64,000 nt of DNA from an uncultured Candidatus Saccharibacteria bacterium (GTDB lineage: Bacteria; Patescibacteriota; Saccharimonadia; CAILAD01; GCA-016700035), in assembly GCA_964646575.1 (NCBI GenBank), contig CAZYFT010000001.1:8118-72117 (forward strand). Direction: 5' to 3'. This document shows, piece by piece, positions 1-8,661 of this stretch. A program made the position numbers and the translations under genes. The notes beneath the pieces are model-generated. The model was not told where the DNA came from and did not search any database. It was given only the letters and a program-made list of their open reading frames with translations. Position 1 is the first letter of the stretch; each line of letters opens with the position of its first letter.

Positions 1-41
1 TAATTCGTGCTTTAAGTTACGACTATACACTTTGGGATGAA

Positions 42-971
42 ATGGTTGACGCGATTTCTAGAGAAAATCAGGTGTGGTTTAGAGAAAACATAACGCCTGC
101 ACTTGAGACCTATAAGGTCGATGCAGCTTGGGTGTTTACATCGGATTATGAGCAGATCTATAGGGTTGATCGAGGGGGTCGGGGTCTGGAGTTTCCACTA
201 CAAGATTTTGCACAGGAGCAGGCGCAGCTATTTCGAGATGGTAATTTTGTAAATTTTTATTCTGTAATTCAAGGAGACTTGTATCAAATACTTGGAGCAC
301 CTGCACAGCCTACAATCGATGTTGGGCGAGTAACTAGCCCGCAGGGCTACTTTTTTGTAGCAAGAAAACTTGATAGGCCAGATATTTTGAACCGACTGGA
401 GAGTCTGGGCGATGTTGATGTAAAAATATCAACAAAAACTTCCATTCAAGATAGTTTGATTGTCCCTCGTCAGGGTACATTTATGTTTGAAGACCCTATT
501 TATGGATATAACGGGGAGCAAGTGGGCGTGTATAATGTCTCGGGTTACTCGTCGTACATGGAAAGAACTGCTAATCTCCTGTATGGACAGTACCTTGTGT
601 TTATTGTTGTAATTTTATCATTTTTAATGGTGATTGGTGTAACGATCTATTTGGTAATAACACATCCTTTGCGTCGGCTTTCAAAAGGTATTGCCAATCG
701 TGATCCGAAGGCGCTAGCATACCTTAGGCGACGCCATGATGAGTTAGGCCAAGTTGCAGATCTTATCGTGCAGGAACAGGATCAGGAATTAGCGCTGCAG
801 GCTACCCAAAAGGAGCTTGAGTTAGCACAACTAAAACTTGAAAAACAATTACGTGAGTCCGAAAGGATGAATGATTTGATGGTTGGTCGCGAGCTGAGGA
901 TGATTGAGTTAAAAAATCAGTTATCGGAGTTGAGGAAAGGAAAACCAAAGAAGAAGGGTGAATCTCGATGA
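42..971 (+). CDS. Sensor-like membrane protein. An N-terminal extracytoplasmic-type domain is followed by one TM helix and a C-terminal coiled-coil. The N-terminus may extend upstream of the window. The stop overlaps the start of the downstream histidine kinase.
   Basis: Hydrophobic stretch LVFIVVILSFLMVIGVTIYLVI is followed by a charged heptad-like region (QEQDQELALQATQKELELAQLKLEKQL). The 4-nt ATGA overlap with the HK gene suggests co-transcription. No recognisable catalytic motif. Confidence 0.4.
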   Translation: MVDAISRENQVWFRENITPALETYKVDAAWVFTSDYEQIYRVDRGGRGLEFPLQDFAQEQAQLFRDGNFVNFYSVIQGDLYQILGAPAQPTIDVGRVTSPQGYFFVARKLDRPDILNRLESLGDVDVKISTKTSIQDSLIVPRQGTFMFEDPIYGYNGEQVGVYNVSGYSSYMERTANLLYGQYLVFIVVILSFLMVIGVTIYLVITHPLRRLSKGIANRDPKALAYLRRRHDELGQVADLIVQEQDQELALQATQKELELAQLKLEKQLRESERMNDLMVGRELRMIELKNQLSELRKGKPKKKGESR

Positions 972-2854
972 GCCGTATGGGCATATATTTTGATCGATTA
1001 TTAAGTGCAGGAATTGATCCTCAATCCGTCGAGATGACTGAGCTTCGACGGATTAAGTTTTTCTATGCCTATATCTTTATAGGTATATTTGCCTGTGCCG
1101 GATCGGCATTGGTTTTATTAATGTCTCAGCCGGCAGGCTATAGTTATCTTGCACTCGTTATTACATTGATTATACTTGTCTCGCTCGGGTTGATCTTACG
1201 TTTTCTCAAAAGAACCGACATTGTCGTGCAGTTGTTGTTACTCTTCTTTTGTGGTTTAGCTTGGTTTATATTAACCCAAAGTCAGACTGCTACAGGGATT
1301 TTTTGGCTTTATGTGTATGCCCCAATTGCTGCCTTACTTTTGCCGCGTAAGGTTGCGTTTTTCTGGGTGATATTATTTGCGGCTTGGGTTGTATTGATGG
1401 CGACATTTGCGTGGTTCGGCAAGGTGACTTATTCTGAAATTCAGATCTATGCTTTTCTTGCTTCCTTTTTGCCGATCTCGTTATTCATGATTACATATCA
1501 GCAGATTACAGAGAAAGCAGAACGTGAAGTTTATGAGAAAGATATCCAGCTTCAAGAATTAACTAATAAGCTTGAAGCTGAGTTGCAGTTCGCCTCTCGT
1601 TCTAAGCAGCAGCTAGATGGGTTGAGTGTGGCTCTATCTAAGCAAAACAAAAAGCTTACTAATAGTAAAACTGCACTTCTTAACCTTTTAGAGGATGCAC
1701 GCAAGCTCGAGGGTGAGTTGAAGCGGTCTAAAGCTAATGTTGAGCGCCAAGTGGAGGATCGCACTAAAGAGCTATCAGTAGAAAGGGCTCGTCTTGCATC
1801 AACACTCGAAAGTCTGCCGATTGCCGTGGTGCTTATTGATAGGCATGGTGAAGTTGCTGAGGCTAACGGTAGGGCATATGAGTTAATTGATATTGCTCAG
1901 ACACGTCATGGTACGACGACTGCACGTAAAAAAGTCCAGGCTTTTTTAGATAAAAAATTGAATTTGATGAAATTTATACAGCAATGTTCTCGCTCTGCTT
2001 CCTGTGTGATGATTCCAGAGATTACCTATCAGGGCAATTTTTATAAGATTGCACTCGGTCCTGTCGAGTCACAGGATAGCGATACGCGGGGTGGTGTAGT
2101 AATCGTGATTGAGGACATTACTTCACAAAAACTTCTTGAGCGCTCAAAAGATGAATTTCTGATGATCGCGTCACACGAGTTGCGAACTCCACTGACTGCA
2201 ATTCGCGGTGATGCAGCTGTTTTGGCAAAATACCTAGATGGCGAAATGCATAAAAAAGATGCTCAAGAGCTTATCCAGGACATAAGAGGATCGAGCGATA
2301 GATTACTCGGTGTAGTGAATGATTATTTGGAGCTTTCAAGCTTAGAGCAGGGTAAGATCCCATTTGATATTCAGCGTTTAGACGTTGTGCCACTTTGTAA
2401 GCAAATAGTAGCCGAGAACCGGCCATTGGCACGTGAAAAAAAATTGAAACTAGAGTTTAGGAAACCTCGTAACGCAAGTATGTACGTTGGGGCTGACCCT
2501 AAGCGTGTTGCTCAGATTGTCCAAAACTTACTTTCAAACGCCATTCATTATACCCAGCGTGGCACTGTGACGTTGGAGTTGTCGTCGAGTAACGAAAAAG
2601 TAATCTGTAGAGTTAGAGATACTGGAGTAGGGATTTCAAAACTTAGTCAGAAAAATCTTTTCGATAAGTTTAACCAGGCTCAAGAGAACCTTCTTACTCG
2701 TGACCCTGAACGTAGTACAGGCCTGGGGCTCTATATTGCTAAGTTGTTGGTCGAAAAAATGCAGGGTAGTCTTGTGCTGGAATCTTCGGTACTAAAGAAA
2801 GGTTCAGTCTTTACTTTTAGTTTGCCAGTTTATCAGAAATCTAAGGAACAGTAG
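968..2854 (+). CDS. Sensor histidine kinase. Multi-TM N-terminal sensor region, coiled-coil, PAS-like segment, HisKA and HATPase_c.
   Basis: H-box ASHELRTPLTAIRGDAAVL. G-boxes DTGVGI and GLGLYIAKLLVEKMQGSL. About 6 predicted TM helices at the N-terminus. A PAS-like segment is LESLPIAVVLIDRHGEVAEANGRAYELI. Confidence 0.85.
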   Translation: MSRMGIYFDRLLSAGIDPQSVEMTELRRIKFFYAYIFIGIFACAGSALVLLMSQPAGYSYLALVITLIILVSLGLILRFLKRTDIVVQLLLLFFCGLAWFILTQSQTATGIFWLYVYAPIAALLLPRKVAFFWVILFAAWVVLMATFAWFGKVTYSEIQIYAFLASFLPISLFMITYQQITEKAEREVYEKDIQLQELTNKLEAELQFASRSKQQLDGLSVALSKQNKKLTNSKTALLNLLEDARKLEGELKRSKANVERQVEDRTKELSVERARLASTLESLPIAVVLIDRHGEVAEANGRAYELIDIAQTRHGTTTARKKVQAFLDKKLNLMKFIQQCSRSASCVMIPEITYQGNFYKIALGPVESQDSDTRGGVVIVIEDITSQKLLERSKDEFLMIASHELRTPLTAIRGDAAVLAKYLDGEMHKKDAQELIQDIRGSSDRLLGVVNDYLELSSLEQGKIPFDIQRLDVVPLCKQIVAENRPLAREKKLKLEFRKPRNASMYVGADPKRVAQIVQNLLSNAIHYTQRGTVTLELSSSNEKVICRVRDTGVGISKLSQKNLFDKFNQAQENLLTRDPERSTGLGLYIAKLLVEKMQGSLVLESSVLKKGSVFTFSLPVYQKSKEQ

Positions 2855-2901
2855 CCGACAGAATATGCAAAAACCTATACAATACATGAGAAGGAGTTAT
2901 T

Positions 2902-3273
2902 ATGGCTAAGAAGAAAATTCACTTAATCGAAGATGATCCGTTACTGTCGCGTATGTATGAACGATTGTTTGCTATCCACGGTTATGATTTTCTAGTTGAT
3001 CTAGATTCTCAAGTGGGTTTGGAGCGGGTTAAAACTGAAAAGCCAGATTTAGTTTTATTAGATATTATGATGCCCAATCTCAATGGGCTTGAAGTATTGA
3101 AGCTCTTAAAGTCCGATGATGCTACGAAGGCTATTCCGGTTGTATTAATCACTAATGTAGAGGATGAAGACACGCAGAAGCAGGCAAAGGAGTTGGGTGC
3201 GGATGGTTATTTGATAAAAAGTCGGTTTGATCCAGATGAGACTGTGGAATATGTAGCGAAAAAACTTAAATAA
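2902..3273 (+). CDS. Single-domain response regulator (CheY-like receiver).
   Basis: KIHLIEDDPLLSRMYERLF...DLVLLDIMMPNLNGLEVLKLLK matches the REC domain acidic pocket and phospho-acceptor Asp (LLDIMMP). Also has K at a 'GADGYLIKS'-like position. 123 aa, no output domain. Confidence 0.85.
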   Translation: MAKKKIHLIEDDPLLSRMYERLFAIHGYDFLVDLDSQVGLERVKTEKPDLVLLDIMMPNLNGLEVLKLLKSDDATKAIPVVLITNVEDEDTQKQAKELGADGYLIKSRFDPDETVEYVAKKLK

Positions 3274-3280
3274 TGCGTAT

Positions 3281-4516
3281 TTATAAATAGGTATTAATAT
3301 AGGCTTGGTATGTTTCCTTAAGGTCTTTAGAGGCACCAAAGGGAACACGTTTAATTATCTGGGACTCCATATTCATCATGAGTGCCGGGGTAAGTGTGAA
3401 CTCACCATATGTATTGTTAATAGCATCGGTTGCTTGAGCGACCTGTCGCTGACGAGTGGTTACGGTATCAAAAAGCTCTAGTTGTTCAGGCATGGTGGGT
3501 TCGAGTGCGAAAACAGAGATACCGAGTTTAGCAATTGGTCGTTTACTAGGGCGTTGAGCGAATAATTGCATAATCGTTGTAAAAATATCATTAGTTGAGT
3601 AAATTGTTCGATGGGTTTTAGTCGATTTATGCCAGTAGCTATGGTTGTTGTAGAGAAGCCAAAGGTGAGCACCACGAGCAATCGAATTATGGCGACGCAG
3701 ACGACGGCCAGTCTTTTCAGAAAGTTTCATGAGGTAGCGGGCTAGCTCTTGAGGGTTTTCGGTGGCAATATGAATTGCAAAGTCATTACCGAAGCTCTTA
3801 CGTCCGTAATTTATACTGTCGACCTCCCAGCCTCGCAGTCGATGATACCAGCGATAACCCTCGATGCTACGAAACACTTTGCGATGGAGTGTTTCTGCAG
3901 AGGCGCTAAGGAAATCGAGGGGAGTAAATATACTATATGCATTTAAGCGTGCTTCATAGCGGTAGTTGATACCGCAAAGATCGCGCAACGAGAGTTTCCT
4001 GAGGGTGGTTTCGAGATTTTGCGCATTGATGATGTCTAGGCCATCCGGCTTATGAAGGCCGGCAGCTGTTTTTGCGAGGAACCGGTTGGTTCCGATTCCA
4101 ATATTGACTCGCATATAATTGCCAAGCTCTTTGCGGATGGCCTGTTTGATCTTTCTAGCCACAACCGACAGCGGCGACTTGTGTATCTGTCGGCTCTTAG
4201 AGAAATCGATAACGAACTCATCGATTGAAAGTGGCGTGAGATCGCTTGTGTAGCGATAAAGGAGAGCGTAGAGGCGAGCATTTACATAGAAGTATTTATC
4301 CGGATCGGGCATAAGGAAAATCATATCGGGACAAATAGTTCGGGCTGTACGGACAGGGGTTCCTACGCCGATACCAAGTGCTTTGGCTTCATACGATGCG
4401 GCAAGAACGATACCTCCCGGTGTAGTGTAAGAACACACACCCACGGGTTTGTCTCGTAGCAGGGGGTTGGCTTGCTGCTCAATTGTCGCAAAGGCACTAT
4501 TGAGGTCGATATGCAT
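3281..4516 (-). CDS. Y-family (DinB/UmuC/UvrX-type) translesion DNA polymerase. The likely true start is the internal Met (MHIDLNSAF...); the ORF track extends to 4567.
   Basis: N-terminal MHIDLNSAFATIE (conserved D..F) and catalytic SIDEFVIDFS (DE). Length about 410 aa. Little-finger-like C-terminus. Confidence 0.8.
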   Translation of the reverse strand: MHIDLNSAFATIEQQANPLLRDKPVGVCSYTTPGGIVLAASYEAKALGIGVGTPVRTARTICPDMIFLMPDPDKYFYVNARLYALLYRYTSDLTPLSIDEFVIDFSKSRQIHKSPLSVVARKIKQAIRKELGNYMRVNIGIGTNRFLAKTAAGLHKPDGLDIINAQNLETTLRKLSLRDLCGINYRYEARLNAYSIFTPLDFLSASAETLHRKVFRSIEGYRWYHRLRGWEVDSINYGRKSFGNDFAIHIATENPQELARYLMKLSEKTGRRLRRHNSIARGAHLWLLYNNHSYWHKSTKTHRTIYSTNDIFTTIMQLFAQRPSKRPIAKLGISVFALEPTMPEQLELFDTVTTRQRQVAQATDAINNTYGEFTLTPALMMNMESQIIKRVPFGASKDLKETYQAYINTYL

Positions 4517-4550
4517 AACTTGCGGCTCGGCTTGATTGAGATTTGGGGCT

Positions 4551-4808
4551 TCATTGAGGTAGGCCATCGGATATTGCCTCTAGAGTCCATTGTAGGCTCT
4601 CTGTGTTATAGCTGAGGCGCAGGGCTAATGCACCGGTAGAGCCTTCAAAGATGTGATGCAGTACACGGCCTTCACGCTTAGGGTGCACAAGCCCGATTTG
4701 ATTCATTGAGTAATAGCGATTGCGCCACTTAATTTTTACTGGGACCACAATGCCGCGCCCACGTTTCGAGACGGTAAGTACATCGACTACTTCGTTAACT
4801 TCATGCAT
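4551..4808 (-). CDS. Small protein immediately upstream of the Y-family polymerase, in the positional equivalent of UmuD/YolD. No S24 peptidase Ser-Lys motif is recognisable. Start placed at the Met of MHEVNEV (ORF track 4551..4844).
   Basis: 85-97 aa ORF in operonic arrangement with the polymerase. No recognisable family signature by eye. Confidence 0.35.
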   Translation of the reverse strand: MHEVNEVVDVLTVSKRGRGIVVPVKIKWRNRYYSMNQIGLVHPKREGRVLHHIFEGSTGALALRLSYNTESLQWTLEAISDGLPQ

Positions 4809-4821
4809 AGAATAATTATAC

Positions 4822-4836
4822 GAACATACTACGAAC
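4822..4836. promoter_or_regulatory. GAAC-N7-GAAC direct repeat (cGAACatactacGAACat) in the divergent promoter between the Y-polymerase operon and the SRAP gene. Candidate SOS/LexA-type operator of the direct-repeat class.
   Basis: Read directly from the sequence at 4822-4836. The GAAC/GTTC-N7-GAAC/GTTC direct-repeat architecture is known for LexA boxes in some lineages (e.g. Alphaproteobacteria). Its location between two DNA-damage genes is suggestive. Confidence 0.3.
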
Positions 4837-4869
4837 ATTTTCAAGTGTTAAATCGTGTATTATGGGGGT

Positions 4870-5550
4870 ATGTGCGGACGATTCGCTTTAGCAGATACTA
4901 AGGAATTAAAGAGCCGATTTCATACTCAGAATGCGGCTCCAAGGGACGTGCGCCCAAACTATAATGCTGCTCCAACCCAAAGCTTGCCAGTGATTGTGGA
5001 GGTCGGTGGCCGAGCTGAGATTAAGGTGATGCATTGGGGAATTGTCCCAGCATGGGCAAAGGATAAGCCACGATTTGCTTTTTCTACGTTTAATGCTCGG
5101 GCAGAATCTTTGCTGGAGAAGCCAATGTGGAAGAAAGTATTCCCATCAAGGCGTTGTTTGGTTCCCGCCACTGGTTTTTATGAGTGGCAAAAGAAGGATA
5201 ACGAGACGCGCCCATATTACATTCATGTAGGAGAACGTGAGATTTTTGTAATGGCAGGTCTGTATGATGAATGGGTAGATACAGAAACCGGAGAGGTGTT
5301 TGATTCTTTTACGATTATAACCACGCGACCGAATTCGGTGATGCGTAAGATACATGATCGAATGCCCGTAATCCTTGATGTTGACGAAGAGGCGACGTGG
5401 CTCGATGCAGATGTGAGTAGTCCGGAGGATTTACTCGCCATGTTAGACCCTTATGATGAAAAAGATACCCTAGCTTATCCAGTAGGTCAAAAAGTGGGGA
5501 ATGTTCGTAATAATTCGCCCGATCTCATCCAGCCGCTAGAGACTGCTTGA
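4870..5550 (+). CDS. SOS-response-associated peptidase (SRAP/YedK/HMCES family, abasic-site crosslinking protein).
   Basis: Begins MCGRF (invariant catalytic Cys2 after Met) with the rest of the SRAP/DUF159 fold. The ORF track starts at an upstream GTG (4855); the true start is probably the ATG at 4870. Confidence 0.8.
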   Translation: MCGRFALADTKELKSRFHTQNAAPRDVRPNYNAAPTQSLPVIVEVGGRAEIKVMHWGIVPAWAKDKPRFAFSTFNARAESLLEKPMWKKVFPSRRCLVPATGFYEWQKKDNETRPYYIHVGEREIFVMAGLYDEWVDTETGEVFDSFTIITTRPNSVMRKIHDRMPVILDVDEEATWLDADVSSPEDLLAMLDPYDEKDTLAYPVGQKVGNVRNNSPDLIQPLETA

Positions 5551-5590
5551 AAAAATGCGCTTTTTCAGATATGATAGCCCCGCTTTTATT

Positions 5591-5660
5591 GGGTCCTTAG
5601 CTTAGTTGGCTGTCGCGATACTTTGCGCCGTAGGAGAACGCGCTCTAGCCCATAAAAGAG
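5591..5660 (+). pseudogene. tRNA-Val-derived fragment mosaic. A 21-nt direct copy of the tRNA-Val 5' end (20/21 identical) lies next to an 11-nt inverted copy of its D-arm. It has no 3' acceptor half and is not a functional tRNA.
   Basis: gggtccttagcttagttggct (5591-5611) versus gggtccttagctcagttggct in the tRNA-Val at 5697. gcgctctagcc (5640-5650) is the reverse complement of ggctagagcgc in the same tRNA. Confidence 0.4.
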
Positions 5661-5696
5661 AGCTCGGTGTATGTAGGGGATTTGAAAATTATATGT

Positions 5697-5773
5697 GGGT
5701 CCTTAGCTCAGTTGGCTAGAGCGCTTCCTTGACGTGGAAGAGGTCAGAGGTTCGAGTCCCCTAGGACCCACCA
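5697..5773 (+). tRNA. tRNA-Val (anticodon GAC), with encoded CCA.
   Basis: Cloverleaf folded by hand: acceptor gggtcct/aggaccc, D-stem gctc/gagc, anticodon stem cttcc/ggaag with loop ttGACgt, T-loop ttcgagt, discriminator A, CCA. Confidence 0.85.
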
Positions 5774-5982
5774 TTTGAATAGTTTATACTAAGTACATAA
5801 ATGAATAGGGCGTAAAAAGTAGCCTCACCATCTACTTAAGGCCTCGTAGCTGCGGGCGTAACACGTAGCACAACAGTGATTTACCTTTCCTGGTAAGTAA
5901 GTCTGGTGGAACCCCCCATATTTTTTGGGGCCAGACATATTGGGATAGGTGTTTTTATTTAAATGGAGAAGGAGAAAGGCTC

Positions 5983-7785
5983 ATGAGCAAAGATATTCAT
6001 GCAATGCGACATAGTGCTGCACATGTATTGGCAGCTGCACTGCAAAAGCTCTATCCAGGAGCAAAGTTTGGGGTTGGTCCGGTTATTGAGTACGGCTTCT
6101 ATTATGATGTCGCTTTCCAAGAAGCAATTTCAGATAAGGATCTGAAGAAAATTCAAAAGGAGATGCGCTCAATTGTGAAGCGTAATCTGCCAATTGAACG
6201 TGAGGAATGGCCGATTGAGCGGGCAATAGACTACTTTGCAAATAATGATCAGCCTTTCAAAGTCGAGCTATTGCGAGATTTACAACAGCATGGCACAACA
6301 AGCATAAAAAATATAGACTCTTCTGACTTAGGAATTGATGACACTGATGAAAAAATAACAACGGTTTCAGTATATAAAATCGGTGACTTTGTAGATTTAT
6401 GCCGTGGCCCTCATGTAGTAAGCACAGGAGAAGTAGGCGCATTTGAGCTAACTCGTCTGGCCGGAGCGTATTGGCGTGGTGATGAGGCGAGAGATCAATT
6501 GCAGCGTGTGTATGGCATTGCGTTTGAGTCTGAAGAGGAGCTCGAAAAGCACAAGGCTATGTTAGAGCTTGCTAAAGAGCGAGACCACCGCAAGTTGGGG
6601 CGAGAGCTAGATCTGTTTACTTTTTCAGAATTGGTAGGCCCTGGCTTACCACTATGGACTCCGAGAGGCACAGTAATTCGCAATGAGTTAGATGCGTTTA
6701 TACAAGAGTTGCGGGCGGAGTATGGCTTTGAAGAGGTGACGATTCCGCATATCACAAAGAAAGAACTCTATATGCGGAGCGGGCATTGGGATAAGTTTGA
6801 AGATGAGCTATTTAAGATTACTTCGCGTGATGGGCATGAGTTTGCTTTAAAGCCAATGAATTGTCCGCATCACACCCAGATTTTTGATTCTCGACCACGG
6901 AGCTATCGAGAGATGCCGGTACGTTATCGCGAGACAACCATGGTGTATCGCGATGAACAAAGTGGTGAGCTGCATGGGCTTTCGCGTGTTCGGTCAATTA
7001 CACAGGATGATGCTCACACGTTTTGTCGACCAAGTCAGGTAGAAGATGAAGTAATGAACGTTTGGAATGTGATTGAGCAATATTGGAAGGCATTTGGAGT
7101 AAGCTTGCGAGTGCGTCTATCTACGCATGATCCGAAGAATATGAAGGGTTATCTCGGGACTGAAGAGCAGTGGGAGTCGGCGGTTGCACAATTGCAATCA
7201 GTAATTGTGCGTCAGGGCGTAGAGTTTGAACTTGGAGAAGGTGAGGCGGCTTTCTACGGACCCAAGATCGACTTTATAGGTTCGGATGCGCTCGGTAGAG
7301 AGTTTCAAGCGTCAACTGTTCAGCTAGACTTTAATATGCCAGAACGTTTTGATTTGGCGTGTATTGATGAGAGTGGAGTTCGCGAGACTGTTGTGATGAT
7401 TCACTGCGCCATCGCTGGCTCGGTCGAGCGTAGTATTGTCTTGCTCCTCGAACATTTTGGAGGTAATTTCCCTGTTTGGCTTGCTCCACAACAAGTAGCG
7501 GTTCTGCCAATATCCGAGAAATTTATAAAATATGCTGATAAAATTACAACAGTATTGAAAGAGCAGGGTGTGAGAGTCGATGTGAGTGCTGAGAACGAAT
7601 CGCTAGGCAAGCGTATACGGTCGGCAGAAGTGAGAAAAATACCATATACGCTCATTGTCGGAGAGAAAGAAGTGGCTGACGAGACGGTGGCTGTACGAAG
7701 ATTTGGTGAGGGTGATTTGGGAGCCATGAAAGCAGATGAGTTTACAGAAAAAATCACCAAAGAAATTCACAACCGCAGTCTCTAG
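5983..7785 (+). CDS. thrS: Threonyl-tRNA synthetase (class II). It lacks the N-terminal TGS domain but retains the N2 editing-type domain.
   Basis: Motifs include HSAAHVLAAA, DHRKLGRELDLF, MNCPHHTQIF, TQDDAHTFC and GPKIDF. Anticodon-binding C-terminus. Confidence 0.9.
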   Translation: MSKDIHAMRHSAAHVLAAALQKLYPGAKFGVGPVIEYGFYYDVAFQEAISDKDLKKIQKEMRSIVKRNLPIEREEWPIERAIDYFANNDQPFKVELLRDLQQHGTTSIKNIDSSDLGIDDTDEKITTVSVYKIGDFVDLCRGPHVVSTGEVGAFELTRLAGAYWRGDEARDQLQRVYGIAFESEEELEKHKAMLELAKERDHRKLGRELDLFTFSELVGPGLPLWTPRGTVIRNELDAFIQELRAEYGFEEVTIPHITKKELYMRSGHWDKFEDELFKITSRDGHEFALKPMNCPHHTQIFDSRPRSYREMPVRYRETTMVYRDEQSGELHGLSRVRSITQDDAHTFCRPSQVEDEVMNVWNVIEQYWKAFGVSLRVRLSTHDPKNMKGYLGTEEQWESAVAQLQSVIVRQGVEFELGEGEAAFYGPKIDFIGSDALGREFQASTVQLDFNMPERFDLACIDESGVRETVVMIHCAIAGSVERSIVLLLEHFGGNFPVWLAPQQVAVLPISEKFIKYADKITTVLKEQGVRVDVSAENESLGKRIRSAEVRKIPYTLIVGEKEVADETVAVRRFGEGDLGAMKADEFTEKITKEIHNRSL

Positions 7786-8650
7786 TCCGCAAGGTAAGCT
7801 TTTGGCGATTGTCGGACCAACGGCTGCTGGCAAAACGAGTGTTGTATTGAGTTTAGCCGGACAATACCCAATTGAAATTATTTGCGCAGACTCTCGCACG
7901 ATCTATCAAGGAATGGACATTGGTACAGCAAAGCCAACTTTGGAAGAGCAAGCTCAGGTGCCGCACTGGGGTTTAGATCTTGTTAAACCTGGTGAGTCGT
8001 ATTCAGCGGCTCAGTTTGTAAAATATGCCGAGCAGAAAATGCAGGACATATGGGAGAGGGGTAATACTGCCGTGATAGTTGGTGGAAGTGGGATGTATAT
8101 CGATGCCTTGCTTTTTGGCTATAAGTTTCGTTCGCCTGCTGCGCAGCCACAAGATTTTAGCATGATGCCACATAGTGACTTAGTGGCGTTAGCTCAAAGC
8201 CAGTATCCTGACGAGATACGGCATATTGATGTAGAAAATACTAGACGATTAGTGCAGCTATTAGAGAAAGGGCCCGCAAACAGAGCAGATCGTAATGAGC
8301 TAAAATATCAGGTTACAATTATCGGTATTGACCCATCGAAGGACGATCTCCAGATGAAAATTGAGAAACGTACAGATGAAATGTTGAAACAAGGATTTGT
8401 TCAAGAGTGTAAAACACTAGTTAATGTATACGGAAACAGGTGTTCGACACTCCAGACTACGGGTTACTCGGCTGTTGTCAGCTACTTGCAGGGCGAAGCC
8501 GGCTACGAGGATATGCGGCAAAGAATTGTAATAGATACAAGGAGGCTCGCAAAGAAGCAGCGCACATGGTTTCGTCGTAACTCACACATAGAGTGGTCTA
8601 CCGATGAAGAGAAAGCCCTAGTAATTGCAGCCTCCTACTTGGAAGCGTAA
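7736..8650 (+). CDS. miaA: tRNA dimethylallyltransferase. The real start is probably a downstream TTG/ATG after the thrS stop; the ORF-track start overlaps thrS by 50 nt.
   Basis: P-loop LLAIVGPTAAGKTSV plus CADSRTIYQGMDIGTAKP. Typical MiaA length. Confidence 0.85.
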   Translation: MSLQKKSPKKFTTAVSSPQGKLLAIVGPTAAGKTSVVLSLAGQYPIEIICADSRTIYQGMDIGTAKPTLEEQAQVPHWGLDLVKPGESYSAAQFVKYAEQKMQDIWERGNTAVIVGGSGMYIDALLFGYKFRSPAAQPQDFSMMPHSDLVALAQSQYPDEIRHIDVENTRRLVQLLEKGPANRADRNELKYQVTIIGIDPSKDDLQMKIEKRTDEMLKQGFVQECKTLVNVYGNRCSTLQTTGYSAVVSYLQGEAGYEDMRQRIVIDTRRLAKKQRTWFRRNSHIEWSTDEEKALVIAASYLEA

Positions 8651-8661
8651 CAAGGTACAAT

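Noticed and set aside
4959-5441. Several 60-72-aa ORFs on both strands inside the SRAP gene.
   Set aside because: They are nested within or antisense to a gene with the diagnostic MCGRF start and full-length SRAP fold. No support.
7736-7785. 50-nt overlap between thrS and miaA implied by the ORF track.
   Set aside because: It is more likely an artefact of choosing the first in-frame ATG for miaA. A TTG/ATG start just after the thrS stop fits the conserved MiaA N-terminus (LLAIVGPTAAGKT).
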